Assembly: GCF_004010195.1 (NCBI RefSeq) | Contig: NC_057754.1 | Location: forward strand, 2,982,158-3,024,201 | DNA: 42,044 bases | Direction of reading: 5' to 3' | From: Chiloscyllium plagiosum | Taxonomy: Eukaryota | Shown: piece after piece, positions 10,801 to 21,191 of the stretch | Position numbering within the stretch: the stretch's first letter is position 1 | How the letters are laid out: every line of letters begins with the position of its first letter | Made by a program: the position numbers and the translations under genes | Notes under the pieces: generated by a model | Told to the model about the DNA's origin: nothing | Databases searched by the model: none | What the model saw: only the letters and a program-made list of their open reading frames with translations

Positions 10801-11452
10801 AGGACCACAGGCAAATATTAGCATGCGAGAAGATGATGTGGATGGTTCAGGGGTTAAGGTAAAAAAGGGGAAAATTAAAATGCCCAAATTTAATTTTTCT
10901 AAGTCTAAAGGGAAAGGTAGTATTGAAGGAGCTGAGGGTGAATTTAGTGTATCGGGGCCAAAGATTGATATTAAGGGTTCAAAGGGTAGCCTGGGATTCA
11001 GTGAAGTTGAGATGGAAGGAGCAGAAATTGCTGGATCTGGTAAAGCTTCTAATTTGGACATAAGCACTTCCCCAAAGAGCAAGTCTGGCACACTAGATTT
11101 CTCATTATTTAAAGGCAAAAAATCAGAACGTCATAGGTCGTCATCTCTGAGTGATGAGCATGACCTTTCACCATCATCCCCCAAGGGCAGATTAGATTTT
11201 GGAGAAGGGACTGCAGGTGCAAAAGGAAAGAAATCAAAGCTGAAATTTGGGACGTTTGGAGGCTTTGGGGCAAAGTCAAAGGGCTCCTATGAGGTCACCC
11301 TTGGTGAAGGTGAGGCAGCAGCAGAGGGCAGCGGTATCTCTCTAGTTTCTAAGAAGACCCGCCTGTCCTCCTCATCCAGTAATGAAAGTGGATCCAAAGC
11401 AGGATTCCGTCTTCCTAAGGTAGAACTAAATATCAACAAAAACAAAGAATAA
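5636..11452 (+). CDS. AHNAK: AHNAK (desmoyokin), 3' portion of the giant terminal coding exon (~1938 aa visible); 5' end lost in the gap
   Basis: Uninterrupted ORF of KGP/MPK/DVD-rich repeats. C-terminus KKGKIKMPKFNFSK..RHRSSSLSDE..KLKFGTFGGFGAKSKGSYEVT..SKKTRLSSSSSNESG..LPKVELNINKNKE* matches the AHNAK (not AHNAK2 or PRX) C-terminus. Confidence 0.95.
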   Translation, partial: SLKGPEVKGEHNIDLPSTDIKGDIKGPKVDIDVPEADIKGPSGSFHMPKFKMPKFGFGSGKVEGPDVNIDANLPAGDVSLSGPKIEGDIDVPDVDLDVGGGSGKIKGPKLKMPDFNISGPKFEKPDWNLKFKGPKATADVDVPDVNLEGDPKGPDVNIKGPKVDIEGPEAKGSGFNISMPSMSLPKIKVPDFDLSVKGPEVKGEHDINLPSADIKGDIKGPKVDIDVPEADIKGPSGSFHMPKFKMPKFGFGGGKVEGPDVNIDANLPAADVSLTGPKIEGDIDVPDVDLDVGGGSGKIKGPKLKMPDFNISGPKFEKPDWNLKFKGPKATADVDVPDVNLEGDLKGPDVNIKGPKVDIEGPDAKGSGFNISMPSMSLPKVKVPDFDLSLKGPEVKGEYDIDLPSADIKGDIKGPKVDIDVPEADIKGPSGSFHMPKFKMPKFGFGSGKVEGPDVNIDANLPAADVSLTGPKIEGDIDVPDVDLDVGGGSGKIKGPKLKMPDFNISGPKFAKPDWNLKFRGPKAGADVDVPDVNLEGDLKGPDVNIKGPKVDIEGPEAKGSGFNISMPSMSLPKIKVPDFDLSLKGPDVKGEHDIDLPSSNIKGDIKGPRVDIDVPEANIKGPSAKFHMPKIRMPKFGFSGGKGEGPDMNIDAHLPEADVDLTGPTMEGDLKMPDVDLGIDGGSGQTKGPKFKLPGFKISGPKVPKPDFDLELKGPKLSGDVDVPDVNLAGDIKGPKIKKPGISISAPKVPKPHLDLELKGPKVSGDLDVPAINMEGDIKGTKLDIDGPNVKETGAKFSMPSIHLPHITAPNIDLSFKGPKLRGDQTSDISSPSIEGEIKGPKIDVETPDIDLDGAHGQFQMPKINMPTFKMGGPKLKGPEVDIKANVPETDVTISGPKIKGGVEVPDVDMDVDGKIKGPGFQMPGINISLPKIKAPNFDFGFKGPELSGGHGAAADINMEGDIKGSGFDIQGPKVNIKAPEMKIEGPDVKGNEGKVSLPSMGISAPNITSPDMHFDLKGPKLEGTADIKSPSLGVDVSAPEMDTDGQSAHLKLPKMKKPKFGFGIKGPQGDINAPSLDISGSDIDLNVDSPDLNISTKGKKGKFKMPKFNIKSKKPAGDVKVTTPTSELDLSKPEAGIKSPNLSVTLGSSDGQLNIKHPKVKKQRFGKMGKLTFPDVEFDLASSKAKGELPSSKIEGDLQAPSIDVSSLDMKGPHVDIRAPGVDVNTDVALEGHGFKAKGTKLKLPSLNIKSPKMSDPNLDINLKDANLKGEVSGDVKGPTIDIKRPEIDFDVEAPNVDIEKPESKLKMKIKKPKLNISGPKFKGSGVDMNVSIPKLDTGIKGPEVNIDAPSVELQPNISDPDLHLKGSSLKSPDGHFESTEGKLSMPAINISGTKLQGPDMNLDTNALKIGGDLKTPGVDVNLETSDVNINADGKFKGPKIAIPSVDISAPKMDLDSKHPQIKGDVNISSPNIKGNFRGPGVDVKGPNIDVCGADIDIKGGEGKLKMPQINLPKADINLAEQKVKGISASDFGVNVKGPKLEGSLDTDIKCPELDIKGPNVKMDTSNINIASLKGKGSSVDINVPKANVEFSGPKFEQDMKGDINVAVPDVNLSAKLKSPEVKLPSADVKFDAKGPTIKGDVNASSSKIDLKSPELDVKATDISADIKAAIADLDVPLDKMTIPKFKRSQFQIKGPNVESHQMATGVSSSGVQGPSVEIKGPQANISMREDDVDGSGVKVKKGKIKMPKFNFSKSKGKGSIEGAEGEFSVSGPKIDIKGSKGSLGFSEVEMEGAEIAGSGKASNLDISTSPKSKSGTLDFSLFKGKKSERHRSSSLSDEHDLSPSSPKGRLDFGEGTAGAKGKKSKLKFGTFGGFGAKSKGSYEVTLGEGEAAAEGSGISLVSKKTRLSSSSSNESGSKAGFRLPKVELNINKNKE

Positions 11453-12875
11453 TTTTGTAAATAGAGCCTGAGTCCTTGTAAATAGAAATTAACTGCATTA
11501 CTTTTAACTGATAAGCCAAGGCACAGAGGTCCACTGGACTTCATCCCTATCTCATTGGCAGGTCAAAAGTCAAATGGATTATTTAAAAGTGTTGAGTCAT
11601 TGTTTTTGTTTTTACAATGCGAGAATTGAACCATAGCCCGATCTGACCTGCAGATATTTCAAACACTTCTGTACCAGCTAACACAACAAACTGAAGTTCT
11701 ATTACTACAAGCTGAAAGCAATAGCCTACTAGCAGAAAAATAAACTATTTTGATACATTTTCTATGTAGTGGTTTGTTATTTTCATATACTGGTAAAATT
11801 GAGGTGTTAAAACATGTAATCACTGGTGCTCTCTCTAGCTTACTTTATTCAATGGAATGCAGCTAATCTGTGAGAGGTTTTATTGATTAACGATTTGAGC
11901 GGAGACAGTTGGAGAGGAAGAGTTTAAGTTGTCTTTAGACCAATAGAAGCTATCCTATCTATATGAAAAAAGTATTTTGGCATTAGCCAAAACAGACTCA
12001 ATTCGTCCAGTGATTGGTATTGTATTGCCAGAGTCCAACCACAATAATGTTTGGCCAATTTTATTTCCTTGTAGACTTACAGGGCTGCAGAAAAATGTAT
12101 TCAGGACAGCTTAAAATTTTCTCTTTGTAAAATGTGCTAACTGTTGGTCTGTGGATCTAGTTAAGGCATGTTTCCACTGTGAACCTGAGTGTTAATGCCA
12201 TCCTGCCTCTTTATCTTCTGCTCCTGCTGCTGTAATCTTTTATTCCAAGTCCTATCTCCCAAAGCGACAGATAAAAAGGCCTAGAGAAATTATTCAACGT
12301 TCAACTATGCAGTTTGGATCAGTTTGAGTCATAAGTATTAAATACTATGAAAACTAAATTAAATAACACAACTTATTTGCACTTCAAATATCCCATTCCC
12401 TTCCCACCCTCTCCTCCTCCCAATTCCCTTTACGTCCCGGCAATACAACTTGGTTGCTAACTGCACTGCTGTCAGGTGTAAATTTCAGAATGGAAAGGGT
12501 GGTCTGAGATAGGCTTGCTAACAGCATGTATGTATCGGCAGGCCTGTGAAGGAGCCTGCACGGTCTGATTTAATAGCATTATAAAGCAGAATATGACAGC
12601 ACTGCACTAAAATACTGCTTTGTCTGAATCCACAGATTGCACCAAACTCCCTGTAACATAACAAACCCTTTCCTTTTGTTACAAATTACAGGAAAATTGT
12701 GACTTTTCTAGATTTTCTTACCATTTCTTTGTTCCATTCTACAGTGTTGTTAATAGAACTTCTTCTTCATAATTCTGTCTACACTTTTATGGCAAAGTTT
12801 ATGGTAGACGATGGGAATGTAAGACAAGTGTGTACCTTGTAAAAATCAAATAAATTGTTCATTACCCTGAATTGG
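11453..12875 (+). other. AHNAK: AHNAK 3'UTR (~1.4 kb) with AATAAA at 12849-12854 (proximal AATAAA at 11739-11744)
   Basis: Repeat-free AT-rich sequence after the stop; the distal AATAAA is followed by a GT/T-rich tract (ggtcttgtctctgtctcttggttttt). Confidence 0.6.
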
Positions 12876-13559
12876 AAACTGGTCTTGTCTCTGTCTCTTG
12901 GTTTTTATGCAAATTAAGAAACAAAAGACTGAATCTTTGATTTGAATGATAGGAAAGTTACAACAGAACTGAAGGCTGAGATGAGAGAAAAATAATTTAA
13001 GCAGTGCTGTTGTTGCTAAGTGCTACTCAGCGAGAGACGAGTAGAGCACTGGATTTGGTTATGATTCCTTCATGGTCAAGCAGACTTACAGCATACAGAC
13101 GCCTGAGATTCCTGGAACCACTGCCCTTGCACTCAAAACTGGGGCATGGCTAAACTTGTGCCAGAATATATGCCATTGTGTTAATCATATCCCAAATCCT
13201 GAGACCCACTGAGCTCATTGAATTTCAAAACTTGGATTTGTAGACTATTGTCTGTTCTGGACAAAAAGTGTACTTCCTGTTGGTCACAAGTCCAACAATG
13301 GTACTGGTTGGACGTTAAGCAACGAATGTCATCTTCATTATATGAAGTCGATGAAAGAAATACCCTGTCCAAATTTCCTAAAGATAAAGGGTTAAAGAGC
13401 CATCAAGCTAGTTCTCACTCCTATTGCGCTGCTTATGGTCTTGCAGAGCAACCAATTCAGTAAGCGAATTTACTATTCACTTACAAACCTAAGAATGGCA
13501 GGTTGGACAGAAAGGACTGAATTTTCACTTGTGGCTCATATGAATTGACGTCCACATCC

Positions 13560-14600
13560 ATCCCCTACGTCCAGCCTACGAGCCCTCCGAGTTTTCCTCT
13601 CCTGTCAACCTAACCAGTTCCCCTCCATTGACACACTCACTCAATTGGCAGAGCTAGTCCTCACCCTGAACAACTTCTCCTTTGACTCCTCCCACTCACA
13701 TCAGACCAGAGGGATAGCCAGGGACTTACATCTGCCCCAGCTATGCCTGCCTTTTCGTAAGGTATGTGGAACAGTCCATTTTTTGTAGTGACACCAGCAC
13801 CATCCCCCACCTTTTCCTGCACTACATCGATGACTGTATCGGTGCCACCTCATGCTTCCATGAGGAGGTTAAATGGTTCATCAACTTCACTAAGATCTTC
13901 CACCCTGATCTCAAGTTCTAATGGACCATTTCCAACAGCTCCCCTTCCTAGATCTCTCTGTCTACATCCCTGGCGACCGCCTCAACATGGACATCTTTTC
14001 AAACCCACTGACTCCCACCTCCTCCTGTAAAAACGCGATCTCTTACTCCAAATTTCTCTGCCTCCTCCATATTTGCTCCCAGGAGGAGCAATTCAACTCC
14101 AGGACATCCCATATGTCCTCCTTTTTAGGGACTGCAATTTCCCCTCCCACATGATCAACATTGCTCTCCAGCGCATCTCCTCCACTTCCACACCTCTGCC
14201 CTCGAACCTCACCCCTCCATCTGCAATAAGATAGAAGCCCCCTGGTCCTCACCTTCTACCCAACTAATATCCAGATACAGCGTATTATCCTCTGCCATTT
14301 CTGCCACCTACAGTCAGACCTCACCACCAACGATATATTTCCCTCCCCATCTCTATCTGTGCTTGCAGAGACCATTCCCTCCGCGACTCCATCATTAGGT
14401 CCATGTCCCCCATCAAACCTTCCCTTGCTGCCACAGGAGGTATAAAACTTCTCCCTCACATCCGGCAGACATTTTCCTGTACATCCACCCACCTCATCTA
14501 CTCCATCTATTTTTTTCAATATGGTCTCCTCTACATCAGGAGACAGGACGCCAACCCGTGTAGTGTTTCAGGGAACATCTCTAGGACATGCACCAGGTGC
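13560..14600 (+). mobile_element. Decayed Penelope-like element (RT and GIY-YIG remnants)
   Basis: ELVLTLNNFSFDS, PSYACLF, FLHYIDDCIG, FHPDLKF motifs in broken frames; later FSCTSTHLIYSI..GLLYI. Confidence 0.8.
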
Positions 14601-14839
14601 ACCAACAGTGGCAGTTGAAAGGGAGTTCCAGACTTTTATCCATCCACAATGAAGGAATAGCAATTTAGTTCCAATTAAGGATGGTGGTTTGGATTGGCTA
14701 GTAACTTGCAGGAGGTGGTTTCTCATGCACCTGCTGTTTTTGGTCTTCTAAGTGGTGAAAGTCGCAAGTTTGGATTGTACTTAAGAAGTTGGTGATGGGA
14801 TGTTGAAGGTTGTGGGATGCAGTGCTGAGAAAGCATTTC

Positions 14840-14975
14840 AAAAAAAAGTCACATCGGATTTGAAATGTTAACTCTGTTTCTCTCTTTACACAGACTGCTA
14901 CACCTGCTGCATTTCTCCAGCACTTTCTGTTTTCATTTCAGGTCTCCAGCAGTCACAGTAGTTTGCATTTATTAT
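14840..14975 (+). mobile_element. Penelope pLTR/tail remnant
   Basis: gaaatgttaactctgtttctctc..cacagactgct..cctgctgcatttctccagcac..tctccagcag resembles the pLTR ends at 26724-26860. Confidence 0.55.
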
Positions 14976-15199
14976 ATTGATAAAGCTGGGCTGCTATGTC
15001 CTGGAGGTTGTCCAGCCACTTCAGTGTTGTTGACACCACCTCAATCCAAGTAAGTGGAGGATTTTCTATCACACTGCTGACTTGGAAAGACTGGTTTTCT
15101 TAATTTCGTCAGGTGATTCACCACGGTTTTGCCAAGTCTGGTGAGATTCAGCGTATGAGGAGAAACTAGATATGATGATGATGATGCTCCTTTTTAACA

Positions 15200-15755
15200 A
15201 GGTTATGTTGTCCTTGGCTTTTTTTTCCAGAAAGGTCATAAAAGACACAGACTCCAAAAAGTCTAAGTTTGAAAAGGTTTAGGGCCAGTTTGATTATCGC
15301 TAAGATACTGCATCAGGCAGAAGGCTTTCAATGGAAGGGGAGTGGCCAGTTCTGCCAACTCAACTTTTCTCTGGTTTGATTTTGTTTTTGGCAGTCTCGC
15401 TATTCACTGAAAGCTGTCAGGCAGTTGTAAAAGCTGCTGAACCCATGGAAGCAGATCAATGCTAACCCTCTCTGACTTCTCTCCTGTTAGACCCTGTTTG
15501 ATTTTACCTTTTGTGCCAAGGGGTGTTTATGGAGATTGTAGCAAGTATTTGGAACAGCATCATTAAGTTGGGATGATCTGTTGGGTTTTCATACAGGTTA
15601 AGTTATTCTGTATTCTGTTCTCTTTTGATTGTGTTCCATTTCGTAATCTTGTAAATAAATTGTTTTGTTTAAAACTAAGTGCTTTGACCAGGTGCATCAC
15701 TCCTGGAATACCCACATTACAACTGCTTAAAACAACATGCAAAGTTAGGGTCTGA
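15200..15755 (+). mobile_element. Probable truncated solo LTR
   Basis: LTR-like segment with internal aataaa (ttgtaaataaattgttttgtttaaaactaag) that resembles a shark LTR family from memory; TG..CA ends not confirmed. Confidence 0.4.
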
Positions 15756-16190
15756 CCCTGAGTAGAGGGATTATCCTACAAAATGTTGAGCAAATTGGGC
15801 TCATATTCAGAGTTTAATAGAATGACAAACGACCTTATTGAAATACAAAAGATTCTTAGATGACTTCTCAGGTAGGATGCAGAGAGGCTGTTTTCCCCTT
15901 GTGGGAGAGTCTAGGACTACTGGGCATAATCTCACAATAGAGAGTCATCCAGTGAAGACAGCAATGAGGAGGAATTTCATCTCAGAGGATAATGAATTTG
16001 TGGAATCCTTTAGAGGGCTGTGGATGTTGGATAAGGGCTGAGATAAAAGCATTTTTAATCAGTTAAGGGAATCAAGAGAAATGGGGAAAAAGCAGGAAAG
16101 TGGAATTGAGGATTATCAGATCAGCAATGATCTCTCTGAATCAATGGGGTGAAGAGCCTACTACTGCTCTGGGTCTTAGGGTCTAAGGCT
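15756..16190 (+). mobile_element. Old CR1 3' fragment
   Basis: FPLVGESRTTGHNLTI..KTAMRRNF, the CR1 ORF2 C-terminal motif. Confidence 0.75.
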
Positions 16191-16267
16191 GCGGGCCAAA
16201 TGCCGGGAAATGGAATTTGAGTATTAGCTAGATGTTCAATTACTGGTATAGACATCATACTGGTTTA

Positions 16268-16599
16268 GGACGGCATGGTGGCTCAGTGGTTAGCACTGTT
16301 GCCTCACAGAGCCAGGGACAGGGTTCGATTCCACCCTCTGGTGACTGTCTGTGTGAAGTTTACACAATCCCCTTGTATCTGCATGGGTTTCCTCTGGGTG
16401 CTCCAGTTTCTTCCCATGGTGCAAAGATATGCAGGCTAAGTGGATTGGCTGTGCTAAATTGCCCAGTGTCCAGAGATGTGCAAAGTGAGTTAGCTATGGG
16501 AAATGTGGGGTTATGGGGGTAGGGGTGGAGTCTGGATGGGATGTTCTTTGGAGGGTTGATGTGAACTCAATGAGTTGAATGACATGTTTCCACACTGTA
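16268..16599 (+). mobile_element. tRNA-derived V-SINE (HE1-like)
   Basis: A box tggctcagtggt, B box ggttcgattcc, V-domain-like core and CR1-type tail tttccacactgta. Confidence 0.88.
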
Positions 16600-19500
16600 G
16601 TTAAAAATCACAGCACCAGATTATAATCCAACAGGTTTATTTGGAAGTATGCATTTACCAAGCTGCTCCTTTGTCAGGTAGCTAGTGGGACAGGATCATA
16701 GGACACAGAATTTATAGTAGAAGATCAAAGTGTCATACAACTGATGCAATGTATTGAACAAACCTAGATTGCTGTTAAGTCTTTAATCACTTAGAATGAA
16801 TGGGGTTACAGATTCCAATTCACTAATATGTAAATATAGAACTTCATTCAAGTCACATTCCCGAGATAATTTAGGGTTTTATAAAAACAAAGTGACATCT
16901 TAACTGAGACAATGCATTAAAGGTGTGAGGTTAGAGTTTGTGTGTGTATCCCAACCTTGAGTCAGACTGGTTCTATTTCCAAAGTAGGAACTGATAAAGT
17001 ATCAATTGGACTGACTGCCTACAGATTGTGTGCTTTTTGAACAAAATAGAATATATCTGCATATACAAATCTGCAAATGCAAATTCACCCCACAGATTTG
17101 TATGTATGTGTGCATGTGTGTGAGAGAGACAGAGTAAGAGTGTGTATGTGGGAGAGAGTGTGTATGTGTGCATGCTTGATAGTGTGCGCAAGTGTAAAGG
17201 AGTATATACCTGTAAGAAGGTGTGCGTGAGAGGGTGTGTCTGAGAGAGAGAGCATGTGTATGAGAGAGGGTCATCTGTGTGATCATGTGTAGCTGTTTTT
17301 TGTGTGTGTGTGTGAGAGAGAGAGGTGTATAGTGTAGTGGGGTCCCCTGTGGTGTGATACAAACCCAAGATCCTGGTTTGAGGCCGTCCTCATGGGTACC
17401 AAACTTGGCTATCAGCCTCTGCTCGGTGACTTTGCACTGTTGTATATCCCGAAATCCGCTTTGGAGGACGGTCACCTCAAGATCCAAGGCCGAATGTCCT
17501 CAACCATTGAAGCATTCCCCAACTGGGGCATGTTCACCTATATGCATGCCAAGAATAAGAAACTGTAGGAACCTGGCATCACCCAACAGCAGTAGCCAAG
17601 CCTCCTGTCACCACAGCTGAAAAAGGTACCACCACAGGGAAATCAATAGTCAACTTAGCAGACCACACCCTTCAACTGGAAGAGACTGAAGTTCTCAGCC
17701 AAGGGCTCAATTTCTGCCCCACCACCAAAATGGACCCCATTGGTCCTGCAGCAGACATGGAGAAATTCATCAGATGAACAAGACTCCAGGAATCCAAGAT
17801 GTCAGCAGCTAATGCAATGAGACAACCAACGAACCAGAACAGTCGTCAGAGAGATCCATAGTGAATCAACCAAAGGAGGAGTCGATTTGGACCCCTCTGG
17901 AGGATCGCTGCCCTGGGCTTGACATGTATGCTCAAAGTGTCAATAAATGTGTAAGTGCCAGTTTCATCTGCTACACTCCTAAAGTAGAGCAAAATGTCAC
18001 CCAATCACAAACCAACACCATCCATGCTCTCAAGACTAATTGCAACATTGTCATCAAACCAGCAAAGGAGGAGCCATCAACATTCAGAATAGAACAGACT
18101 ACTGTAAGAAAGTGTACCGACAACTGAACAACCAGGAACACTACAGCCAACAACCGGCCTATCTGACCAAAGAATACATCCGTGAACTAAATCGATTGAT
18201 CAAGACTTTTGATTCAGTCCTTCAGACTACCCTAAGCACTCTCATCCCATGTAATTCTCGCATAAGAGACTTCTACTGCCTTTCAAAGATACACAAAGCC
18301 AACACACCTGAACATCCCAATGTATCTGGCAATGGGGTCCTGTGTGAGAACCTCTCTGGCTATGCCAACGGAATCCTGAAACCCAGTGTACAGGAGACCC
18401 TCCAGCTTCTGTCACAACACTACAGATTTCTCACAGAAACTCAGCACCCATGGACCAGTCAAACCAGGAACATTCCTTGTCACAATGGACGTTTCATCAC
18501 TCTACACAAGCATCCCCTCGATGACAGCATCACTGCAACAGCCTTAACATTCAATATCAATAACTGTCCATCTCCAGGCACCATTCTATAACTCATCCGC
18601 TTCATCTTCGACCACGTCTTCACCTTTGACAACCAGTTCTTCATCCAGACACAGAACAGCCATGGGGACTAACCTTGCATCCTAACATACCAACATTCTC
18701 ATGCGAAAGTTCAAACAAGACTTCTTTGCTGCACAGGATCTGCAACCAACACAATACACCAGATACACTGACATTTTCTTCCTCTGGACCCATGGTGAGG
18801 AGTCACTGAAACAACTACATAATGATATCAATAAGTTTTATTCCATGATCCCTTAGCATGGACTACTCTTTAAAATCAATCTCATTCTTCGATACATACA
18901 TCTCCATCAAGGATGGACACCTCAGTACCTCACTCTACCACAAGCCCATGGATAACCTCATAATGCTACACGTCTCTACCTTCCACCCTAAACATAATGA
19001 AACAGCTATGGATAAGCCCTGCGCATACGCAGGATTTATTCAGGAGAACACGACGGACAATGAAAGTGCTGAAGGACGCCCTCATAAAAACAGGATACGA
19101 TGCTCAACTCATCGATCGCCAGTTCTGAAGTGCCACAGCGAGAAACTGTAATGACATTCTCAGGAGACAGACACAAGAAACGACCAATAGTGTTCCCTTC
19201 TTTGTCCATTACATCCCGGGAGCAGAGAAACTACGTTATGTTCTTTGCAGCCTGCAACACGTTATCACTGAGGATGAGCACCTCCATTTCTCACCACAAC
19301 ATCAAACCTTAAACAGACCATTGCTTGCAGTAAACTGCCTAGCCTTCAGAATAACATCAACCACAAGACCATACAATCCTGTCGTGGCAACAACTGCAAG
19401 AGGCGTCAGAGTATCGAAATGGATACTACCATTACACGTGGGGACACCACACACCACATGTGCAACATGTACTCATGTGACTCAGCCAACATTGTCTATC

Positions 19501-20876
19501 TCATTCACTACAGTCAAGGATGCCCAGAGGCATGGTTTTTTGGTGAGACCAGGCAGGCATTACGATAACAGATGAATGAACACCATGCAACTATTGCCAG
19601 ACAGGGATGTTCCCTCCTCGTCGGGGAACACTTCAGCGATTCAAGGTCATTCGGCTTCAGATCTTCAGGTGACCGTCCTCTAAGCTGGACTTTGGAATAC
19701 ACAACAAGGCAGAGTCGCCGAGCAGAGGCTGATAGCCACTTTCGGTACCAATGAGGACGGCCTCAATCGATCTTGGGTTGGTGTCACATTACAGGTGATC
19801 CCACTACACTTTACACTTCACTCACACACAAGCACACATACACACACACACTATCACATTGACACAGACCCACACTCATACACACGTTCTCTCTCGGACA
19901 GACACACATTCTTGCACAGACATATACTCTGTCACCCATGTGCGCACACACATTCTCACACGCGCATAAAAGTTTATGGAGTGAATTTGCATTTGCAGAT
20001 ATTCTATTTTATTCAAAAAGCACACAATCTGTAGGCAGTCAGTCTATGTCGCATTTTACCGATTCCTACTTTGGAAATAGAACCAGTCTGACTCAAGGTT
20101 AGGATACAGACTGACGCTAACTTCACATCTTTTAATGTATAGTCTGAGCTGAGATGTCACCTTATTTTTATAAAATACTAAGTTATCTCAGGAATGTGAC
20201 TTGAAAGAAGTTCTGAGATTTACATATTAATGAATCAAAATCTGCAACCCCATTCTATGTGATTAAAGACTTAACAGCAATCTAGGTTTGTTCAATACAT
20301 CACATCAGTTGTATGACCCTTTAATCTTCTACTATAAATCTATGTCCTATGATCATAGCGTCGGAGGCTGAGGGGTGACCTTATAGAGGTTTACAAAATT
20401 ATGAGGGGCATGGATTGGATAAATAGGCAAAGTCTTTTCCCTGGGGTCGGGCAGTCCAGAACTAGAGGGAATAGGTTTAGGGTGAGAGGGGAAAGATAAA
20501 AGAGACCTAAGGGGCAACTTTTTCACACAGTGTATGGAATGAGCTGCCAGAGGATGTGGTGGAGGCTGGTACAATTGCAACATTTAAGAGGCATTTGGAT
20601 GGGTAAATGAATAGGAAGGGTTTGGAGGGATATGGGCCGGGTGCTGGCAGGTGGGACTAGATTGGGTTGGGATATCTGGTCGGCGTGAACGGGTTGGACC
20701 GAAGGGTCTGTTTCCATGCTGTACATCTCTATGACTCTATGATCCTTGTCCCACTAGCTACCTGACAAAGGAGCAGCGCTCCGTAAGTGCATACTGCTAA
20801 ATAAACCTGTTGTACTGTAATCTGGTGCTGTGATTTTTAACTGTATCCACCCGAATACAACACCGGCACCTCCACA
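16600..20876 (+). mobile_element. Penelope-like element with inverted 5' pLTR (16600-~17527), decayed RT+GIY-YIG ORF (~17530-19790), 3' pLTR and 34-bp tail; 11-bp TSD tccacactgta
   Basis: FYCLSKIHKANTP, degenerate YIDD (RYTDIFFLW), LYHKPMD and ANIVYLIH..GET motifs. Left arm is the reverse complement of ~19620-20842. TSD at 16589-16599 and 20877-20887. Confidence 0.9.
20355..20736 (+). mobile_element. 5'-truncated CR1 inserted in the Penelope 3' pLTR, 8-bp TSD ctatgatc
   Basis: RRLRGDLIEVYKIMRG.. and tail catctctatgact; TSD at 20347-20354 and 20737-20744; the left pLTR has the empty site. Confidence 0.9.
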
Positions 20877-21191
20877 TCCACACTGTAAGTATTGTATATA
20901 ATGGGCTGAAGGGCCCACTTCTGTACTGGATCAAAAGTTCAGTAAATCTCTACATGCCATTGAGTATAGGCCATGTGCTCAATAAATGGATTTTGAGGAG
21001 ATAGATGCTTGATGCCTTTTTTTAATCCCTGTGCTCTAACTGTTCTGGGACAGGCATTTAGAAAGAGTTCCATGAAGAATTCTCAAACTAAAATAGAAGC
21101 AGAATAATACTCTTTTATAAATAGATCATTTGGTTGACATTATAAATCATAAGAAGATAGACATTTTTTAACATGTTATATAAAAGCTTAC

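Noticed and set aside
5062..11118. Long antisense ORFs opposite AHNAK (e.g. 5062-7527, 8776-9681)
   Set aside because: In-register shadows of the repetitive AHNAK frame, which rarely uses TTA/CTA/TCA; no independent gene signals
13218..13463. Plus-strand 81-aa ORF ending near a gtaagc, as a possible ZFPL1 or alternative AHNAK exon
   Set aside because: No similarity to ZFPL1 or AHNAK and no convincing acceptor
14975..15170. Possible linking minus-strand exon
   Set aside because: Resembles a decayed LINE ORF2 (QVSSVIENPPLTW..TTLKWLDNLQDIAAQL)
16268..16340. tRNA-like A/B boxes here and in the other SINE heads
   Set aside because: They continue into SINE body and tail; no intact cloverleaf
17100..17335. 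His/Thr-rich ORFs here and at 19795-20034
   Set aside because: Translations of (CA)n/(GA)n-rich simple sequence within the Penelope pLTRs
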